Positions 45,642-54,808 of a DNA stretch of 64,000 bases are shown one piece after another; within the stretch, counting starts at the first letter, position 1, and every line of letters starts with the position of its first letter. Location: IMG/VR virus record IMGVR_UViG_3300023116_000009, positions 64,001 to 128,000 of that record. One strand, 5' to 3'. The stretch comes from a virus. The notes below the pieces were generated by a model. The model saw only the letters and a list, made by a program, of their open reading frames with translations. It was not told the origin of the DNA and searched no databases. The position numbers were made by a program, and so were the translations under genes.

Positions 45642-46315
45642 ACACCATACTTAGAATCTGGTTCAAGTGCAATAAAATATTCTAAGTCCTGAGTTTCTGC
45701 TTCAACAAACCTTGCTGCTTTAGTAGAGAGTTCTACTGTGTAAGAAGAAGGAATCAGTTTCAAGTTCTCTACTTTAAAGTTGAAAGAAAATGGTGTCTCA
45801 GAAGTTCCTACGTGATGAGTAACAGCGTTAGAAGTTTCATTCTCTTTGTCTTTAATCACAAGAGATACGTCACCATTAGAATCAGTTTCAACGCAGAGAT
45901 CGGGAAGGTTATAAATCGCTGCGAGTTTCCTGAGATTTCCAAAGTGCTCAGAATCTAAGTTAAAGGAGAAGTTGTAGTTAGGAATGTTCAATCCTTTATC
46001 AGGAGGTTTAACTACAACGTCTGGATCAGCAAAGAAATACTTTACCTTAGATCTACCAGAACTCATGGTAACATAAGAAGTGTTACCAAAATCAACATCA
46101 GGTCGATCCCAAACTCGAAGACCAACTAGAAACTCATGCAAATCATAAATTGCAAAAGAGATAGGAAACTCTTCCGTAATGTTTGCTTTTGCATAGATGT
46201 TATTTGTAACTGAGATTGTACTCAGGACAGAACCATTCCTAACATAAATTGAATTGTTGATGTTAGAAAAATTGGTTAAAAGATCAATAGTTCTTTGGGA
46301 AAGATGCATAATCAA
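45638..46315 (-). CDS. gp45: sliding clamp gp45
   Basis: LTNFSNINNSI...FAIYDL...YFIALEPDS. Confidence 0.93.
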   Translation of the reverse strand: MIMHLSQRTIDLLTNFSNINNSIYVRNGSVLSTISVTNNIYAKANITEEFPISFAIYDLHEFLVGLRVWDRPDVDFGNTSYVTMSSGRSKVKYFFADPDVVVKPPDKGLNIPNYNFSFNLDSEHFGNLRKLAAIYNLPDLCVETDSNGDVSLVIKDKENETSNAVTHHVGTSETPFSFNFKVENLKLIPSSYTVELSTKAARFVEAETQDLEYFIALEPDSKYGV

Positions 46316-46686
46316 TGAGGGTAGTTGCTGGTTTGTTTATGGAGACCTGAGAAGTGATACAGAAGAATGCAATAATGAATTGCTTTCAGGATGTCCATCT
46401 TGGACTTACCATCTTTCTTTCCAAATCGTGAAAGGTATTTAATAGCATTGCTGCGGCAGAATGCTTCAGCATCACCAATACTCTCAATCAAATCAAGAGT
46501 TTGGGTTTTAGAATCTTGGGAAGTATAGTGCTGACGATACGTGCCTGAAAGGTAATCTCGTACCTCTTTCATCGTCAGGTCTTCTTCATACTTCCAAAAT
46601 CCATTGGTGTTGTCCATGTTCAAATTGAATTCGTGTTTTTCGTCCATTTCAAGTACATCGTAAAGTAGGGACCAAGCATTAGGCAT
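46312..46686 (-). CDS. DUF3310-like protein
   Basis: FCRSNAIKYLSRFGKKDG...DILKAIHY. Confidence 0.7.
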   Translation of the reverse strand: MPNAWSLLYDVLEMDEKHEFNLNMDNTNGFWKYEEDLTMKEVRDYLSGTYRQHYTSQDSKTQTLDLIESIGDAEAFCRSNAIKYLSRFGKKDGKSKMDILKAIHYCILLYHFSGLHKQTSNYPH

Positions 46687-47365
46687 AATTAAAAAGAAAA
46701 TCGTGTACAAGTGACTTGGATTTCTCCTTGCCAAACTTACTGTCAAGGTATCCACTCACGGGATCTAACTTCGTCATGTATCTGTCGAAGTCACCGTAAG
46801 TAGAGTGTACCGCAAACCCGCTGGGTTTCTTAGATTCTAGCATGGATTTGTACACTTGTAAATAGGCACGGAAGTCATCAAGGTAATTGTCAACTTCGGA
46901 CATTGTGCATTTACGAACATACACATTCTCTGAGAAATGGTTTCCAGGTTCAAAGAATCTAAATGTTCCTTCTGCTTTTGGAAGTTCAGGAACAGAGAAG
47001 AAATAGTTCTCTACAGGATGCTGAAAGTCAAATACAATAATGACTTTCTTTTCAAAGAACCCCATCAAGTCCATACCAAAGCAAGGTAGATTTTCTCCTG
47101 TCTTTGGATAGATAATGTTGTTGTATATACAGGACTTCTCATCCCATATATCAACTTCTCTGGACTTAATAATGTACTTGTTGCTGTAGAGTTTGGCAGA
47201 AAGGTTTGCACCGTTGTCAGACCAATCTGCCCATATATCAGTGTTCTCTAGATCAGGAAACGTTTCCCACAGTACCTTCTTGTACTGGTTCCAGAGATTC
47301 TTCAAGTTGGATTTCTGCATCGACTTTATCGTAGAGTTCAAGGAAGGATTGTTTGGTTTCGTCAT
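46679..47365 (-). CDS. pebS: phycoerythrobilin synthase (ferredoxin-dependent bilin reductase)
   Basis: IIYPKTGENLPCFGMDLM, VIIVFDFQHP, RFFEPGNHFS, LDPV; start uncertain (47365, 47320 or 47305). Confidence 0.85.
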   Translation of the reverse strand: MTKPNNPSLNSTIKSMQKSNLKNLWNQYKKVLWETFPDLENTDIWADWSDNGANLSAKLYSNKYIIKSREVDIWDEKSCIYNNIIYPKTGENLPCFGMDLMGFFEKKVIIVFDFQHPVENYFFSVPELPKAEGTFRFFEPGNHFSENVYVRKCTMSEVDNYLDDFRAYLQVYKSMLESKKPSGFAVHSTYGDFDRYMTKLDPVSGYLDSKFGKEKSKSLVHDFLFNYA

Positions 47366-48368
47366 CGAAACGATTCAGGCAAACTTGAATTGCCTTTGCT
47401 TTGTCACCAAAGATGCTGTAAGCACGGATGATGTGAACAAGACGGCGGGTGCTGATGATCTCATCAATGCCACCATCATAGAAGGTCTTACGGATGATAC
47501 CTGCCCAGTCAACAAGGTGCTTGCAGAAGTCACGATCCTCCACACCAAGGTCCAGAGAGTTGCCCTCAAGGATGCGTTGCTCAACGCTGGCAGCAGGATA
47601 CTCCTGCTCAAAGGTTACGGGGAATCGCTCAAGGAATGCTTCGTTAAGGACGTTGGTGCCGATGAAGCGCCCATCATCAGAACCCTTTCCTTTAGTGTTA
47701 GCAGTAGCAAATACATTGAACCCAGCAGCAGGACGGACATACTTACCAGTTTTTTTGAGGAATACACCTTTGCCTTCTAGAATGGATTGGAGGCAAAGGA
47801 TCTTGTTAGAGGCAAGGTCGATTTCATCGAGAAGAAGGATTGCTCCCCGCTCAAGTGCATCAATAACGGGACCATTATGCCACACAGTGTTCCCATCCAC
47901 AAGGCGGAAACCGCCGATGAGGTCATCTTCATCAGTTTCAATAGTAATGTTTACACGAATCATTTCACGATTCAGTTGAGAACATGCTTGTTCAACACCA
48001 AAGGTCTTGCCGTTACCAGAGAGACCAGTGATAAAGCATGGATAGAAGATACCAGATTTGATAATCTTTTTGACATCAGTAAAGTTCCCGAACGGGATGA
48101 AAGTGTCATCCTTACTAGGAACGAGGTCGATATCTTCCCGTTCGGTAACGCGAACTTGATCTTCAAGTTTTTCACGAACTTCTTGAACAGTCAGGTCCCA
48201 CTTGCCACGACCAGTTTTGTACATCTCAAGACGTTTGCAAATGGTAGGATAGGAGACATCAAACACATCAGCAGCAGCAAGAACTGCCTCGGTGTTCACT
48301 TGAGTGCCATAGTTTTCAGTCAGGTAGTGAGTGACTTCTTTGACGTTGAGGTTAGACATGCGAGGCAT
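47253..48368 (-). CDS. cobS: MoxR/CobS-like AAA+ ATPase
   Basis: GLSGNGKT, DDLIGG, LDEID, TANTKG, AFLERF. Confidence 0.9.
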   Translation of the reverse strand: MPRMSNLNVKEVTHYLTENYGTQVNTEAVLAAADVFDVSYPTICKRLEMYKTGRGKWDLTVQEVREKLEDQVRVTEREDIDLVPSKDDTFIPFGNFTDVKKIIKSGIFYPCFITGLSGNGKTFGVEQACSQLNREMIRVNITIETDEDDLIGGFRLVDGNTVWHNGPVIDALERGAILLLDEIDLASNKILCLQSILEGKGVFLKKTGKYVRPAAGFNVFATANTKGKGSDDGRFIGTNVLNEAFLERFPVTFEQEYPAASVEQRILEGNSLDLGVEDRDFCKHLVDWAGIIRKTFYDGGIDEIISTRRLVHIIRAYSIFGDKAKAIQVCLNRFDDETKQSFLELYDKVDAEIQLEESLEPVQEGTVGNVS

Positions 48369-48440
48369 TGCGATGGGAATCAATAACAAAGTTAGTATAG
48401 GGGGGGATGATCGGAAAAAATCCGATCTTGTGCCAGTTTT

Positions 48441-50585
48441 TCAAGCGACCATAGTCGCAAAAGAAGAAAGGATCTTCTTGTTTGCTGCCTTGGACTTTAG
48501 TGACTTCTTAAATGCTGCACGAATCTGTGCCTTAGTAGCATCTTCAGCAACAGTGAAGTCACTTGATTGATTCAAACTAGATGAAGCAATGGCATACATG
48601 ACATCATAACCACTAGTATTTAATATAGCAGATTTCTCTTTAGACCATTGCTTTTTGTTGATATCAGTATAAACACCCGTGTAGTAATTAAAAACATTCG
48701 ACACATCTTTACCTTCAACTACACGATAAGAAATAAAGTTGATGTTGGGGAACTTGTCTTTAAGATTCCTCATGAGAATATTCGTGGTTCCATTGTACCA
48801 ATTGTAATTGTTGAATTGTGGGTAGGTCGCACCAATTTCAGTATCACGAAGTTGACAATGAGTTCCAATAGAAATCTTTCCATAGCGACCAAGAACCTCG
48901 CTGTACTTGTTCTTCAATTCAACAACCCTACCGATAGTGTTAGATTCACCATCGGTAAGAAATACCGTGTTGACCTTATCGACACCAGTTTCCTTAATGA
49001 ACTTAGGAAGGAGGTGATGGAGAGTAACGATGCTTTCGTTAAGAGGAGTTCCAGAAAGAGAGAACCCAGGAGGAATCATTGCACTACCCCAATGGTTACG
49101 AACATTGTAAGCAAGACGCCAGATGTTACGGCAATCCTTTTCAAAGTCAGAACTAGACCTTTTGTGAGAAAGAAGATTCAACAAACGGAATGATTTGTTC
49201 AAATACATTTCATTCTCAGCAAGTTCTTGAACCTCACAAAGATGATTGTCCTCATCAAAATCAGAATCTTGAGGAGGGAACTCGTAGGTAAATGCATAAA
49301 CCTCAAAAGGAATGTTTACCTTTCGGCAGAACCAAATAAGGTTAAGAAGTTGCTTAACCGTATCCAACATCACGTTAGACATAGAACCAGACCAGTCAAG
49401 AATAAAAACAAGACCATGGTTCTTACCTTCAGGAAGGACAGTAATCTTTTTAAAGATGTCTTCACTGAACTTGTAGTTATGAAGTTTGGTCGTATCAAGA
49501 GATCCAGTTTTAGATACTGCAGCACGAGAATATGCTGCAGCAGATTTCTTCATCTCAAACTCCTTAACGAGATAGTTCACACCCTTAGCAGCATCCTTTT
49601 TGTAAGAAACATATTCTGCATCAGTGTGCTTGAGGTGTTCAGATTCCCAACGAGTGTGATTGAAAACACTCTCGTTTACATAGTACTCAGACATCATATT
49701 TTGAATCCAAGCACAATCAATCACAATGCGATCAAGATCAATCTTTGCAGGAATCTTCAGATAGACAGTTTCGAATGAACTGTGATTGATCAGATCTTGT
49801 TGGTTTTCAGTAAACGCAGAATCAGTAGAAGATTCAAACTCATCAGGAATAAACTCTTCTCCGCCACCATGACCCCCAAAGGACTCTTCATCGCCCTCTG
49901 AGGCGTCTCCAGGAGCGTCTCCAGGGGCACCGTCGCCTTCGTCCGAGGGTTCGATATCTACAGTTTTGTTTTGCTGTTCTTGCCCTTGACCTTGCTGCAG
50001 ATCTTTGCTGTCAAATTTCTCTTTCTTAGCATTGTCTTCTTTCTCTTTCAGGTACAAATAAATGTCTTTGCTGATGTCAAGGACTTCATCAAAAGTTTCT
50101 GATTGACCCACACGATGAACAAAAGGTTTCTCTTCTTCAGAAAACTTGAATACATGATACGCACCAATTTTGTAGTAGAGATTGATGCGGTCAATAAACG
50201 ACATGCTGTTGATATCTTCACCATCAAGAGAGAAGAAATCTTGGTCATGAAGTTCTTGATAACCTTTGTAAAAAGTTTTACCCAGACCTGCATAACGACG
50301 CTTCATTAGTTTCTCAATGCGAGCATCCTCAACAACGTTAACAAAGGAGATGGGGACACAAGCATAGTCATCAACTTTCCAGTTGAGGTTAGGAGTGTAA
50401 AGAGCATGACCAACCTCATGACCAACAAGCAAATCATACACACGGTTGGATGCTTTCTCCCACATAGGCAGAGTCAGCACACGCTTCTCCACATCAAAAG
50501 ATGCAGTAGAAACCTTGCGGTGCTCAACGATCAAGTTCTCGGTAGCAAGCAGGCGGGCGAGAGTGTCTTTGATTTCAAAGTTCAT
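48441..50585 (-). CDS. HExxH plus vWA-domain protein (CobT-like)
   Basis: HEVGH, NVVEDARIE; MIDAS DWSGS...GTPL...TDGES. Confidence 0.75.
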   Translation of the reverse strand: MNFEIKDTLARLLATENLIVEHRKVSTASFDVEKRVLTLPMWEKASNRVYDLLVGHEVGHALYTPNLNWKVDDYACVPISFVNVVEDARIEKLMKRRYAGLGKTFYKGYQELHDQDFFSLDGEDINSMSFIDRINLYYKIGAYHVFKFSEEEKPFVHRVGQSETFDEVLDISKDIYLYLKEKEDNAKKEKFDSKDLQQGQGQEQQNKTVDIEPSDEGDGAPGDAPGDASEGDEESFGGHGGGEEFIPDEFESSTDSAFTENQQDLINHSSFETVYLKIPAKIDLDRIVIDCAWIQNMMSEYYVNESVFNHTRWESEHLKHTDAEYVSYKKDAAKGVNYLVKEFEMKKSAAAYSRAAVSKTGSLDTTKLHNYKFSEDIFKKITVLPEGKNHGLVFILDWSGSMSNVMLDTVKQLLNLIWFCRKVNIPFEVYAFTYEFPPQDSDFDEDNHLCEVQELAENEMYLNKSFRLLNLLSHKRSSSDFEKDCRNIWRLAYNVRNHWGSAMIPPGFSLSGTPLNESIVTLHHLLPKFIKETGVDKVNTVFLTDGESNTIGRVVELKNKYSEVLGRYGKISIGTHCQLRDTEIGATYPQFNNYNWYNGTTNILMRNLKDKFPNINFISYRVVEGKDVSNVFNYYTGVYTDINKKQWSKEKSAILNTSGYDVMYAIASSSLNQSSDFTVAEDATKAQIRAAFKKSLKSKAANKKILSSFATMVA

Positions 50586-50594
50586 GGGACCGTT

Positions 50595-50762
50595 TCAGTG
50601 ATGAACGTATCCTACAAAAAAAGACCCCCCTTTACGGGAGGTCTTGTGACAGTTCTTCAAGTGCCTGAGGGACTGTTTGCTTGCACGGATTCTTCCTTTG
50701 CAAGTCCCCTTGCCGTTCTTGTCTTTCTTACTGTGGTGTTGCCAGTTCGGTAGTTGTGCCAT
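50595..50762 (-). CDS. 55-aa basic protein
   Basis: Hand translation MAQLPNWQHHSKKDKNGKG...; reads through a terminator at 50616-50645. Confidence 0.45.
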   Translation of the reverse strand: MAQLPNWQHHSKKDKNGKGTCKGRIRASKQSLRHLKNCHKTSRKGGSFFVGYVHH

Positions 50763-52479
50763 TGGTCTGGAATGGTTTAGAAAAGTTTTTGACCTTCTTG
50801 AACTGTATCACATTATCAAACTTATCGTGCAGCATGTCCTCTTTGTGTGAGATCACAAACACATTGTTACCATCGGTAACAGTTCTGAGAATGTTAATGA
50901 AATCAGCAGTTCCACTACTATCTAGCGAACTATCAAAAATTTCGTCCAAGATAAGAATGTTGGTATTGACTGAGTTCTTCAGTTTAGCAACCTCTCTCCA
51001 AGTGAATAGAAGTGCCAGGTCAATCCTCATCTTCTCACCTTCAGAGAAAGAAGCATAAGAGAACTCATCTCTAAATCGTGACTTGATTGTTTCGTTGAAC
51101 GTATCATCAAGATTGAAGTTAACATAGAACTCAAGTTCTTGAAGATACTTATTGATCAACGTGTTCATCACAGGAAGATACTTTCTGATGATGCTGGATT
51201 TGACTCCACCATCTTTGAGGATCTCAGCAATAATTTTAAGTTCAGTATTTCTCTTGGCAATCTGACGACGCTGCAATTCTTGTGACTTGCCCTGCTCAAT
51301 CAGAGTTTTGGTCTTCTCAGTTTCATCCACAATAAGAGAATCATTTGAGTTGATTGCTCCAATCTCAGCAAGAGTATCAGCAACACGCTTCTCGTTCCAT
51401 TCTACTTCTTTGAAGCACTCTCTAATTTTAGATTGCACTTCGCTGATAGAATCTAAGATCTCTTTCTTTTCAGAAAGAACCTTATTAACTTCCTTTTGAT
51501 CCCCCTCCAGTTTCTCAAGTGCTTCTTTGAACTTCTCAATCTTACCAGAGGTTTCGGAGATCTTGGATTGTTTAAGATCTTCGCTGATCTCCTGGTTGCA
51601 GGTAGGGCAACTGGCGTTGTTAGTGAAGAACTTCTGTTCCTTGGTTAGTTCTTTGATTTTACCACTAAAGGTAATATCATACTCTCTGAGTTTGTTGACC
51701 TTAGCATCCACATCAGAATACTTCTCAACTTCCTCGTTCAGTAAATCCATACGAGACATGTAGGATTCAACCTCATCTCGCTTAAGTCGAATGTTTTCCT
51801 CAAGAACAGAAATAATATTTTCTTTCTCTTCAACGTTCTGTTGACTTTGATCTTTGAGGTTCTGAATGTACTTACGTTGAACGTCTACCTTCTCTTTGAG
51901 AATTGAAATGGAATAGTCAATATCAGACATCGACTCTTTATTCTCTTTGACCCTATCTTTTAAAATAGTATTCATTGTAGAGAAGATACTGATATCAAGG
52001 ATGTCCTCAATAACTTCTCTACGACCAGCAGCAGGTAACTGCATAAAGGGAACAAACGTAGATGACCCAAGCACCACAATCTGAGTGAATGATTTGTAGT
52101 TAAGTTTCAGTACGTTCTGCTCAAACCACTTCTGCTGATCAGCAGCAGAAGCACTCTGATCCAATTGAACTCCATCTTTAAAGATCTCAAATACCGTTGG
52201 TTTTATACCACGATTAATTTGCCAATTGATCTTACCAATAGAAAATTCAATCTCAACTCTACAGTCAGCAAGATTAATAGAGTTGACTAGTTGTGGTTTA
52301 TTAATCTTTCGAAAAGGTTTATTGAACAAACCAAAGCACAGGGCATCTAAGATCGTCGATTTGCCTGCACCATTTTCACCAACGATTAATGTCTTATTAT
52401 GATCATTGAGATTAATCTCAGTAAAGTTATTTCCTGTGCTCAGGAAATTTTTCCATTTAATAGTTTTAAATTCAATCAT
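50728..52479 (-). CDS. gp46: recombination ATPase gp46 (SbcC/Rad50-like)
   Basis: GENGAGKS, CPTC hook, FSEGEKMRIDL, LDEIFD. Confidence 0.95.
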   Translation of the reverse strand: MIEFKTIKWKNFLSTGNNFTEINLNDHNKTLIVGENGAGKSTILDALCFGLFNKPFRKINKPQLVNSINLADCRVEIEFSIGKINWQINRGIKPTVFEIFKDGVQLDQSASAADQQKWFEQNVLKLNYKSFTQIVVLGSSTFVPFMQLPAAGRREVIEDILDISIFSTMNTILKDRVKENKESMSDIDYSISILKEKVDVQRKYIQNLKDQSQQNVEEKENIISVLEENIRLKRDEVESYMSRMDLLNEEVEKYSDVDAKVNKLREYDITFSGKIKELTKEQKFFTNNASCPTCNQEISEDLKQSKISETSGKIEKFKEALEKLEGDQKEVNKVLSEKKEILDSISEVQSKIRECFKEVEWNEKRVADTLAEIGAINSNDSLIVDETEKTKTLIEQGKSQELQRRQIAKRNTELKIIAEILKDGGVKSSIIRKYLPVMNTLINKYLQELEFYVNFNLDDTFNETIKSRFRDEFSYASFSEGEKMRIDLALLFTWREVAKLKNSVNTNILILDEIFDSSLDSSGTADFINILRTVTDGNNVFVISHKEDMLHDKFDNVIQFKKVKNFSKPFQTNGTTTELATPQ

Positions 52480-52732
52480 CAGCGGTAGGGGGAATGATAA
52501 TGTCGTCAGGAGTTACAATGCAGTATGAGTAACCATTCTCTTTACAAATACCAATGGCAACGTCATCGTCTACTTCAGTTACAACCATCTCAGGATAATC
52601 GTCTGCTGCTAAAAGACCAGAGTGTCGTTCAGCATCATCTTCATCAATAAAAAGATACAAGATGTTTTGTTGATTAAAACTAGGAGCATACGCTCCTTCA
52701 TCTTCTTTTCCTTTAACGGTGAGTATGTACAT
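52472..52732 (-). CDS. conserved hypothetical protein
   Basis: KEDEGAY...LYLFIDEDDAERH...DDIIIPP. Confidence 0.65.
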   Translation of the reverse strand: MYILTVKGKEDEGAYAPSFNQQNILYLFIDEDDAERHSGLLAADDYPEMVVTEVDDDVAIGICKENGYSYCIVTPDDIIIPPTADD

Positions 52733-53772
52733 TATTCCAACTGTAGAGATTCTGCATAAATTGAACCAATAATCGATTTCAAAGTATCTTTGTCTTCGTA
52801 GTCAATTTCTTCTATATATTTTTCAAGAAAGGAAAGTGTACCTTCAACCTCAATATCTCCACTAGGATTAATTTCTTCCTGAGTGTTGTCAATAATCTTG
52901 AGATCATGAGTCCCAGATTGATAGAGGCGCTCTACAATATTATCATATGCGTAGTAATTACTACGCTTCTCCACAATGAGTTTTACAAACTTATTTGAAT
53001 ACTCATTAGTATCTACAGAGTCAGGGTCTGTAACCGTATCGTTGTAGTAAATCTTCTCAAACATGTTGAAAGGATTCTTGATAAACTTCAGGTTTGTTGT
53101 CTCTGTATCAAATAAATGAAACCCTCGTACATCTCCAAAATCGTTCCAATACATTTGATAAGGATTTCCTAGGTAATATACATTACCATAATTAGAGCGA
53201 TGGTGGAAGTGACCAGATAATACTTTCTTGAACTTAGAGAACACATCAGCACTCATCCCATGTTCCATAATGTATCCAGGGTGTGCTTCAAATCCTGACA
53301 ACTCAAGATGTCCCATTGCAACTGTTGCTTCGGTATTGGCAATCTCTTCAAATGTCTCCGTCTCATTATCGACACAGATCCAGGGGATGAAGCAGATTGG
53401 TAAATTCCCAATCGTGATTGTTATTGGTTTAGTGATGTGAAAAACATTTTCATATTCACTCAAGAGCATGTTGACTGCGTTTAAGTCAAGAGTGTTCTTG
53501 TAATAAGAAGTGTGGTTTCCCACTACCGTGTATACAGAGATATCTCGTTCAGCAAGTTTGTCATAATAATTTTTCTTTGCCCAATCTAGTGACCAAAAAT
53601 CAATCGACTTACGATTGTCAAAGGTATCACCAAGATCAAGCACAACAGAGATGTTGTTCTTATCTAATGTCGGAAAGAATACTTCATCATAAAACTTCTT
53701 CATGTAGTCATGAAAAATCTGACTACCCTTCCTCATGCCGAAGTGCTGGTCAGTAATAATAGCAACTTTCAT
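52732..53772 (-). CDS. gp47: recombination nuclease gp47 (SbcD/Mre11-like)
   Basis: TDQHFG, GDTFD, GNH, SGHFH. Confidence 0.95.
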   Translation of the reverse strand: MKVAIITDQHFGMRKGSQIFHDYMKKFYDEVFFPTLDKNNISVVLDLGDTFDNRKSIDFWSLDWAKKNYYDKLAERDISVYTVVGNHTSYYKNTLDLNAVNMLLSEYENVFHITKPITITIGNLPICFIPWICVDNETETFEEIANTEATVAMGHLELSGFEAHPGYIMEHGMSADVFSKFKKVLSGHFHHRSNYGNVYYLGNPYQMYWNDFGDVRGFHLFDTETTNLKFIKNPFNMFEKIYYNDTVTDPDSVDTNEYSNKFVKLIVEKRSNYYAYDNIVERLYQSGTHDLKIIDNTQEEINPSGDIEVEGTLSFLEKYIEEIDYEDKDTLKSIIGSIYAESLQLE

Positions 53773-54236
53773 CAATACCTCATTTTCTGTTCAAGAGAAT
53801 TTTTAATCTGTTCGTATGAAGCGTCACACCCGTATTCATCACCAGTGAATACTTCACTGTATCCCGACTTCTCAATCATCTTGTTCTTAATGTCTACCTG
53901 CTTCTTCTCCTTCTGAATCCTCCGAAGGAATGCGTAGTAGATGATTTGAGTAAAGTATGCAAACGGATTCTGTGACTTCTCTGGATTGAAGTTATCAATA
54001 TATGTAATGCAGTTCTCGATCCCGTCACCAATCATGTCATCCTTAAACATGTAGTTGACGAAGTTAGGTTTGTACGATAAGTGCTGGGCGATCTTCAGGA
54101 AGCACCCACCGATGTATTCACCGACAGGTGGTTTTGGATCTCCATTCTTTGCCGCGATCTCCACTTTTTTCTTGTATTGAACGATGGCATGAAGGAAATC
54201 CTTGTTGTTTACATAGTGTTCCTTTTCTTTAGGCAT
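53772..54236 (-). CDS. gp55: late sigma factor gp55
   Basis: HYVNNKDF...PNFVNY...NPFAYFTQI..AFLRRI. Confidence 0.95.
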   Translation of the reverse strand: MPKEKEHYVNNKDFLHAIVQYKKKVEIAAKNGDPKPPVGEYIGGCFLKIAQHLSYKPNFVNYMFKDDMIGDGIENCITYIDNFNPEKSQNPFAYFTQIIYYAFLRRIQKEKKQVDIKNKMIEKSGYSEVFTGDEYGCDASYEQIKNSLEQKMRY

Positions 54237-54354
54237 GTTAACTAGATTGGATTTCTCACCATATCATAACACAATATTGATGGCTTGACAAGGGTCTGGA
54301 ATCTGTGTATAATAACTCGGTCAGAGTTCAGAAAACAGCTTTAAGTACTTAGAG

Positions 54355-54807
54355 TTATTCTTTATTATCTTTAGAATATGACTCTGAGTTCCACATATTT
54401 TCTAGAAGGTTTATAGCATCATCAAGATCAGAGATAAATCCCATGTCTCTATCTAATGGTACTTGACCTTCTTTCTTTTTTGGTGTGGGCGGTTGTCGTC
54501 TCTTCAGTTCCTTTCTGATCTCATTGTGTTCCAATTTTGCCAAACTGTGGTGGTAGAACTTGATGACTTCTCCTTCAACTTCTTTGAATGTAATGATGTC
54601 ACTACCGTTAATAACGAATTCATTTTGGTGGGCGATTTTCATCCACGATTTAATTTTCATTCCCTGGAACATGCCAGGGATTTCAATCTCTTCAATTCCG
54701 ATTGGATCTTTGATTGAGATGTAATCATCCTCTGGGCATGTTTCTGTAACAATGCAAATTAATTCTTCACCACATTTTAATTTAATACTTGCGTAAAACT
54801 CTTGCAT
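54355..54807 (-). CDS. hypothetical protein (Sm-like N-terminus)
   Basis: ASIKLKCGEELI; usual position between uvsW and gp55. Confidence 0.65.
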   Translation of the reverse strand: MQEFYASIKLKCGEELICIVTETCPEDDYISIKDPIGIEEIEIPGMFQGMKIKSWMKIAHQNEFVINGSDIITFKEVEGEVIKFYHHSLAKLEHNEIRKELKRRQPPTPKKKEGQVPLDRDMGFISDLDDAINLLENMWNSESYSKDNKE

Positions 54808-54808
54808 A

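Noticed and set aside
47193-48386. Long plus-strand ORFs (195, 161 and 199 aa) opposite cobS
   Set aside because: Antisense shadows of a well-conserved gene; no RBS, promoter or recognisable motif
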